Shown here: positions 59,158 through 64,000 of the stretch, piece by piece
Position numbering within the stretch: the stretch's first letter is position 1
Layout of the letters: each line of letters begins with the position of its first letter
Origin: a virus
IMG/VR virus record: IMGVR_UViG_3300028840_004913
Coordinates: 1-64,000 of that record
Length of the DNA stretch: 64,000 nt
Direction: 5' to 3' (one strand)
Notes under the pieces: generated by a model
The model's database searches: none
What the model was told of the DNA's origin: nothing
What the model saw: the letters and a program-made list of their open reading frames with translations, nothing else
Translations under genes and position numbers: made by a program

Positions 59158-59355
59158 TCAGGATTCATAATCCCCCCGGTATTTTTCTTTTCGAGTATAA
59201 CGTTTTTTGTCCCTGTGCACCTGAGTCTCTCTAACCGTAGGCTTACGGACCTTTGTGTAATGGGGAGCCCTCCAGCCGCACCGCCGGCACTCCCCACTCT
59301 TTGTCATTGCAGAACCACAAGCCTCGCACCTTATCCTAAACATAGACCGAGACAT
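59158..59355 (-). CDS. Zn-ribbon basic microprotein
   Basis: CEAC...CRRC; GGGGG RBS. Confidence 0.6.
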   Translation of the reverse strand: MSRSMFRIRCEACGSAMTKSGECRRCGWRAPHYTKVRKPTVRETQVHRDKKRYTRKEKYRGDYES

Positions 59356-59441
59356 GACAACCCCCTAATCTTATTCGTTTTGACCTGTTCGCCCGGGCCA
59401 TAGCCTGTTTTATTGCCGCAAACTGCGACAGCCTCTTAAGC

Positions 59442-59648
59442 TCAACTTTCGCATTCTTCTTGCTCGATTGAACACTCTGTATTTGTAATTGGTACTTCAT
59501 TTAGAATAACCTCCATTTCCTTAAATGCCGCGACCCTGGCCGCGAAAATTTCGTCGACAAGACCCTTACCTTCCAATATAGATTGCTCTTTTGACCTTTC
59601 TGCCAGATATAGCCGAAGTCGTTCCACCGTCATAAACCCATCTCCCAT
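59442..59648 (-). CDS. Hypothetical protein
   Basis: ORF in the early operon. Confidence 0.5.
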   Translation of the reverse strand: MGDGFMTVERLRLYLAERSKEQSILEGKGLVDEIFAARVAAFKEMEVILNEVPITNTECSIEQEECES

Positions 59649-60123
59649 TTAATTTGATATAACCCATTTCGACCAATATAGGATCCTTCGGGCTCGAGAA
59701 TCCGGCCTGTTCTGACCTGCGAATAACCCGCAAGTTTAGCTCTTCTCTCTTTTGGAATTTCCTCCAGAAATTAATAAGCCGCATAAACTCATCGGCGAAT
59801 TCTTGCCCATGGGGTTTGAGCCGTTTATCCACCTGGGTATTGGCATAGATGTGAGCCAACTCATGCAGCACAACCCATACGCTGTGTCTATATATTTTTA
59901 CTCTGCGCTGTCTCGGCCAGGCAGTACCCAGGCGCCTCGAACATTTCCTGTTTGACAATTCAACTGTAGCACCCTTTAGTTGATATGCATTCTGGTACTG
60001 CCGCATGAACTCAAGCATCGGCTTTTTTTCTTTTTCTATAATGGTGTTGTTCAGCCTGAGAGCGTATGCGTAAATGACCTTAACCTTCGAATTGCCTGTC
60101 CCGATGTTGTTCATGTATTTCAT
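59566..60123 (-). CDS. SprT-like zincin metallopeptidase
   Basis: LHELAH...HG..F motif; spans the A/B junction. Confidence 0.75.
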   Translation of the reverse strand: MKYMNNIGTGNSKVKVIYAYALRLNNTIIEKEKKPMLEFMRQYQNAYQLKGATVELSNRKCSRRLGTAWPRQRRVKIYRHSVWVVLHELAHIYANTQVDKRLKPHGQEFADEFMRLINFWRKFQKREELNLRVIRRSEQAGFSSPKDPILVEMGYIKLNGRWVYDGGTTSAISGRKVKRAIYIGR

Positions 60124-60159
60124 TTTTCCCTCCGTTGGTTTTTTGTTGCGTTACAAACT

Positions 60160-60186
60160 GTATCGGTCACCTGAAAATAAACTTTA
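60160..60186 (-). promoter_or_regulatory. Sigma28-type promoter (copy B)
   Basis: TAAA-gtttattttcaggtg-ACCGATAC. Confidence 0.75.
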
Positions 60187-60231
60187 GCATTTTTTTTATT
60201 TTTTTGTCAACATTTTTTTTAAATATTTTTT

Positions 60232-60262
60232 TGCACCATTCCTGGCATAGTTGTGGTAGTAT
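60232..60262 (+). promoter_or_regulatory. TGCACCATT-box promoter, probably leaderless (copy B)
   Basis: TGCACCATT-N13-TGg-TAGTAT-N6-ATG(60269). Confidence 0.8.
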
Positions 60263-60268
60263 AGTTCC

Positions 60269-60841
60269 ATGCCTTACAAAAACGACACAGGTTACCCGTC
60301 GTCCACCAAGATCCTTGAATATTGGATTGATAAAAAATGGTTCAAGCCAATCCATTCAGAGCGCGGATCTGCGGTGCACGGCCAATGTAGCGCAAACCTC
60401 TTAGGATTACCGGTCATGCCACAGGACCGCTGGCCTACATATTATGAATCATTTCTTAGGCTTAGGCCACATATTTTGGAGGTTTTTGTCGTTGAGGTCC
60501 GGTACGTTGATGAAGATCTCGGCTATTGTGGCCAGCCGGATCTGGTCGCCAAGATGGATGAAACCTATAATAACTGGATCATTCTTTGGGACTGGAAAAC
60601 TTCGCAGGCCAGGCATAAGTATTGGGGCCCACAAACGGCTTCATATAAACACCTGGTCGAATCCAATACTGGACTACCGATTGATCGGTGCGCGACGGCT
60701 CGGCTGAGGGGTGAAAACAATAACCCACACCTGCCACCGCTGGTCGATATTTTTGAACCGGAGCAAACAGAATTTCATTGGCAGGTATTCTGTAACGCCC
60801 TGGTAAACCACAACTTTTTTGGAGGACAATATGGATATTGA
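60269..60841 (+). CDS. PD-(D/E)XK nuclease (copy B)
   Basis: Homologue of 618..1190. Confidence 0.8.
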   Translation: MPYKNDTGYPSSTKILEYWIDKKWFKPIHSERGSAVHGQCSANLLGLPVMPQDRWPTYYESFLRLRPHILEVFVVEVRYVDEDLGYCGQPDLVAKMDETYNNWIILWDWKTSQARHKYWGPQTASYKHLVESNTGLPIDRCATARLRGENNNPHLPPLVDIFEPEQTEFHWQVFCNALVNHNFFGGQYGY

Positions 60842-61556
60842 TCTGAACGTAACCAAAAAACGAGAGAGGCACGATCTGGTCGTCTCTAAAATGGCAGATG
60901 CTGTCGTAGATGATAGGGATTTCTCGATCAAGAATCTGGCCCTTTTTGGGAAAAACGTCATGCTTAAAGTCGAGGCCATGCAGGAAGAGGCTAATTCATT
61001 TCGGGCAACCTCGGCGAATAAAGACGACGCCACCGAGAGGGGAGCCCAAGCAAAGAAGCTGGCAACTATATTCGACAAAAAGCGGAAGGCCTATAAGGAG
61101 CCATACCTTCGCCATGGTAAAGAGATCGACTCCGTCTTAATGCCAATCGTTAAGGCGCTGAGAGAAGTCGAGAAAACCATGGGCATCAAGCTGTCAAAGG
61201 TACTGCATAGAGAGGCCGAGAAAAAACGCCTGGAAGAGGCCGCTCGCAGGGCTGCTGAGGAAGAGGCAGCCAAAGCCGCAGCCAAGCTCACAAAACAGAA
61301 GATCGCCCCGCCTGTGGCCTCTCAGCCAGCCGCAGCACCGGTCAAAAGGGTTCAGGCTGAGACTGGATCTGCCGGCCTGAAATATAAACCGGAGTTTAAA
61401 TTAACCGGATCCCTGGCTGATGTTGATCCAAAGTACCTGCAGTTGAATGAAGAGGCCCTGGCCGCCGCATATAAGGCCGGAAGCCGAGGCAATGATATCA
61501 AGGGTATCGAGATTGTTAAGGTGCCCGTAACCAGTTTCGCAAATAAAAGGAGTTAA
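60831..61556 (+). CDS. Coiled-coil protein (copy B)
   Basis: Homologue of 1180..1905. Confidence 0.8.
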   Translation: MDIDLNVTKKRERHDLVVSKMADAVVDDRDFSIKNLALFGKNVMLKVEAMQEEANSFRATSANKDDATERGAQAKKLATIFDKKRKAYKEPYLRHGKEIDSVLMPIVKALREVEKTMGIKLSKVLHREAEKKRLEEAARRAAEEEAAKAAAKLTKQKIAPPVASQPAAAPVKRVQAETGSAGLKYKPEFKLTGSLADVDPKYLQLNEEALAAAYKAGSRGNDIKGIEIVKVPVTSFANKRS

Positions 61557-61558
61557 TT

Positions 61559-63199
61559 ATGTCAGACAAAAACTTGCCGGCAATACCGGTCGAAAAGGGT
61601 GAGATCGCACCGAGCGACATTGAAGGCCTATGGTGGCTGGCCAATAGATTCTCAAACTCTGGAATGGTTCCAAAGACTTATGTCAATTCTCCAGAAAAGG
61701 TCATCGTCGCCTGGGATATGGGTTTGTCCCTCGGGCTGAACCGCACCGCAGCCCTGCAGAACATAGCCGTGATCAACGGCATGCCATCAGTATGGGGTGA
61801 CGCTGCTCTCGGCCTGGTCCAGAATTGCGAAGAGTTCATCGATTGTATTGAAACCTTCGACGGCGATATGTGGGATGGTGACAAAATCAATAAGAATTTC
61901 AAGGCCGTATGCACCATCAAGCTCAAGGACCGTGAAGATGTTGTCAGGGATTTCTCAATTGGTGATGCCATTAACGCAGATCTCTGGAATAAGGATATTT
62001 GGAAAAAATATCCAAAGCGCATGCTGCAGATGCGAGCTCGCTCATGGGCTATCCGTGACGCTCTCCCTGGTGCCCTGAAAGGTTTGAAGGTTGCCGAGGA
62101 AGCCATGGATTACGACGTTAATATGGTCCAGGGTGCCGACGGATCCTATACGTCAGAGCCAGAAGTCATGTCTAATGAAAAGGTTGAAGAGGCTCTCCAG
62201 TTTATCTTTGAAGAAGATGATATGGAACCTGAGTTTTTTCAATACCTTATAAAAACTATGGAGGCTAACGACGCCGATCCGAAAGCATTCCTTGAATATG
62301 TCGGTGACAATGCCAAGGAATTAATGGCGGCCTATAAAGCCGAGCCCGTGGTAGAGGCTGAGGTCGAGCCGGAAGAGGAAGCCCCTGAGCCCGACGTTGT
62401 GAAGGATGAAGCCGGCAATGTCGTCGCCGGCAGGACCGGATGGAAGGCTCCGGATTGGGCGGCCGGTAATGAAACTCTATTGAACCTCGGTATCAAGTTT
62501 AATTCTGGTCTGAAAAATGTCGTCGACTGGATCAATATAGTTTGCGAGCGCCAGGATCTCAGACCTGGAGACGTTGTCGTTTATATCGAAAAACATATTG
62601 AGAAGGCCGAAAAGACCTTTGGCGATTACGTCGAAGAGATCCGCAGGGTTTCAGACGAAGAGTTAGCCGATTCAGAGGGCGCTGAGATAGAGCGAGAATT
62701 CGAAAAGTCTGCCGAGGAAGAGGTCGCCAAAGAGGATCCCGTCGTCGAGCCCGAGCCAAAAATGACTCCGGCCGCAGAGATCCGGCTGTTCAACCATATG
62801 TCTGCAGCCGATCTCGAGGAATGGGTAACCAATAACCCTGAGATTGTTGACTCCTTATCAGAAGAGTCTCACGGTAAGCTGGTGGCCAAATGGGATCGCC
62901 TGATTAAAAAACCTTTCCCTGGTGGTCTGGAAGCAGATGAAGAGCCCCAAGAAACTGAGCCCGTCCGCACAGCCCAGGAGAAAGGTCCGGACCTTGATGA
63001 TATCGAAAGCAAGATGAAAGATAAGATCCGGACCCGACTCCTGCACCTGCGAAAAACATACCCGAATACCTGCGAAGAAATTCGGGAGAAACATGGCTTC
63101 GGCCAAATGGTAGCCAGCGACAACGCCGCCAGGATATGGGTAGATGATGTGGTCGAGCTACTCGCCAAAAAGAAGTCCGCTGGAAAGGAGTTAGATTAA
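61559..63199 (+). CDS. RecT-like protein (copy B)
   Basis: Homologue of 1908..3557. Confidence 0.85.
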   Translation: MSDKNLPAIPVEKGEIAPSDIEGLWWLANRFSNSGMVPKTYVNSPEKVIVAWDMGLSLGLNRTAALQNIAVINGMPSVWGDAALGLVQNCEEFIDCIETFDGDMWDGDKINKNFKAVCTIKLKDREDVVRDFSIGDAINADLWNKDIWKKYPKRMLQMRARSWAIRDALPGALKGLKVAEEAMDYDVNMVQGADGSYTSEPEVMSNEKVEEALQFIFEEDDMEPEFFQYLIKTMEANDADPKAFLEYVGDNAKELMAAYKAEPVVEAEVEPEEEAPEPDVVKDEAGNVVAGRTGWKAPDWAAGNETLLNLGIKFNSGLKNVVDWINIVCERQDLRPGDVVVYIEKHIEKAEKTFGDYVEEIRRVSDEELADSEGAEIEREFEKSAEEEVAKEDPVVEPEPKMTPAAEIRLFNHMSAADLEEWVTNNPEIVDSLSEESHGKLVAKWDRLIKKPFPGGLEADEEPQETEPVRTAQEKGPDLDDIESKMKDKIRTRLLHLRKTYPNTCEEIREKHGFGQMVASDNAARIWVDDVVELLAKKKSAGKELD

Positions 63200-63486
63200 T
63201 GGAGCGACGACCAGATGAATCCTTCGAGGATTATAAGGAGCGCCGGAAAAAGGCGAATGAGGATACCAAGGCCAGGCTAAAAGGCCGGCGGGTGTTTAAC
63301 TCCACCTACTATGTGATGGAGAAGGATCCTGAAACCGGTGAGGAAAAACCCGTAAAGAAAACACAGACTCACCAGCGTGGGAAGACTCAGCTATCCGGAT
63401 CAATGGCAGATAAAAACCGATATGATGCCTTGCTCCGTAAGGCAGAGAGGAAAGCGAAAAATGAAGAGAAAGCAACCGAACATTAA
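63199..63486 (+). CDS. Small basic protein (copy B)
   Basis: Homologue of 3557..3844. Confidence 0.8.
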   Translation: MERRPDESFEDYKERRKKANEDTKARLKGRRVFNSTYYVMEKDPETGEEKPVKKTQTHQRGKTQLSGSMADKNRYDALLRKAERKAKNEEKATEH

Positions 63487-64000
63487 GTTTGACTTCGATG
63501 GATCCCTGGTGGATTGGGCCACCTATTTCAGGAAATGGGTGGAGTCAAAGAGGTTCACGATCGTCGATAATGGTAGCTTTTATTGGGAGCTACTTGACCA
63601 GCATGGTTCACCTGTGAGCCATGAAGCGGCTTCGCGGCTCGTATACAGATCAATGTCGCACATCGAAGAGTTTGAGCCCATGGACGGTGCCGAGCTATTT
63701 CTCGGATGGTATTATGCACAGACCGGAGTTCCAATACAGGTTGTCACCTGCAGGCCGCACCATGTTGCCGGCTATACACACCAGGTGTTCGCCAGGCTAT
63801 TCCCGCACATACCGTTTACGATCTCGTTTGTAGACGACGCTGTGCATAAGCCTTTATATATGGAAGATTGCACGGTATTTTATGACGATCGCCGGAAAAC
63901 AGCGGTTGAAATGGCAGGCAGGGGATTCACGGTATTCATGCCTGTGCGAGATTATAACTTTCCGATCCGTAATTGCGAGGTGCCAGTTGTCAGGCTTAAC
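63461..64000 (+). CDS. HAD nucleotidase-like protein (copy B, truncated by window end)
   Basis: MKRKQPNIKFDFDG; homologue of 3819..4481. Confidence 0.8.
   Translation, partial: MKRKQPNIKFDFDGSLVDWATYFRKWVESKRFTIVDNGSFYWELLDQHGSPVSHEAASRLVYRSMSHIEEFEPMDGAELFLGWYYAQTGVPIQVVTCRPHHVAGYTHQVFARLFPHIPFTISFVDDAVHKPLYMEDCTVFYDDRRKTAVEMAGRGFTVFMPVRDYNFPIRNCEVPVVRLN

Larger units (their letters stand above)
1..59886. mobile_element. Apparently complete podovirus-like phage genome (copy A)
   Basis: Packaging, head, tail, lysis, replication and recombination modules are present; 1-144 is identical to 59887-60030, which closes the unit. Confidence 0.9.
59887..64000. repeat. Start of a second, diverged copy (B) homologous to 1..~4360
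   Basis: Same gene order (zincin, nuclease, coiled-coil, RecT-like, basic protein, HAD) with many substitutions and indels. Confidence 0.95.

Noticed and set aside
54560-60210. CRISPR array from the repeated tatcggc...tttagc motif
   Set aside because: Copies are degenerate, 0.5-2 kb apart and separated by genes
59887-64000. Direct terminal repeat of one phage
   Set aside because: Identity holds for only 144 bp; the rest is too diverged, with a gene indel
1-64000. Integrated prophage, DGR or retron
   Set aside because: No integrase, repressor pair, host flank or reverse-transcriptase motifs recognised

Overview
The window holds one apparently complete ~59.9-kb tailed-phage genome (copy A, 1..59886) followed directly by the first ~4.1 kb of a diverged relative (copy B). 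Bases 1-144 are identical to 59887-60030, then the copies diverge. The virion is podovirus-like: terminase, portal, scaffold, major capsid, tail tubular proteins and ejection proteins including a 2988-aa polyvalent protein. Other modules are lysis, a RecT-like/PD-(D/E)XK recombination operon (the only plus-strand block), DnaB, SSB, RuvC-like and NinB-like genes, ThyX, and a tRNA/ncRNA cluster. I recognised no integrase, DNA polymerase, reverse transcriptase or CRISPR array. The main signal is in the intergenic DNA, which shows three repeated promoter-like motifs. (1) Six TAAA-N15-(G/A)CCGATA sites match the flagellar sigma-28 (FliA) consensus and precede the small early-type genes; three also nest a sigma-70 TTGACA. 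(2) Six TGCACCATT-N13-TGnTAnnAT sites occur, three of them apparently leaderless. (3) Four compact TTGACA-N5-TAT sites occur, mostly before virion genes. The tRNA locus has five tRNAs with non-canonical positions, a 128-nt CCA-ended tRNA-like RNA and several structured non-coding segments. Product calls come from motif recognition by eye, not database searches.
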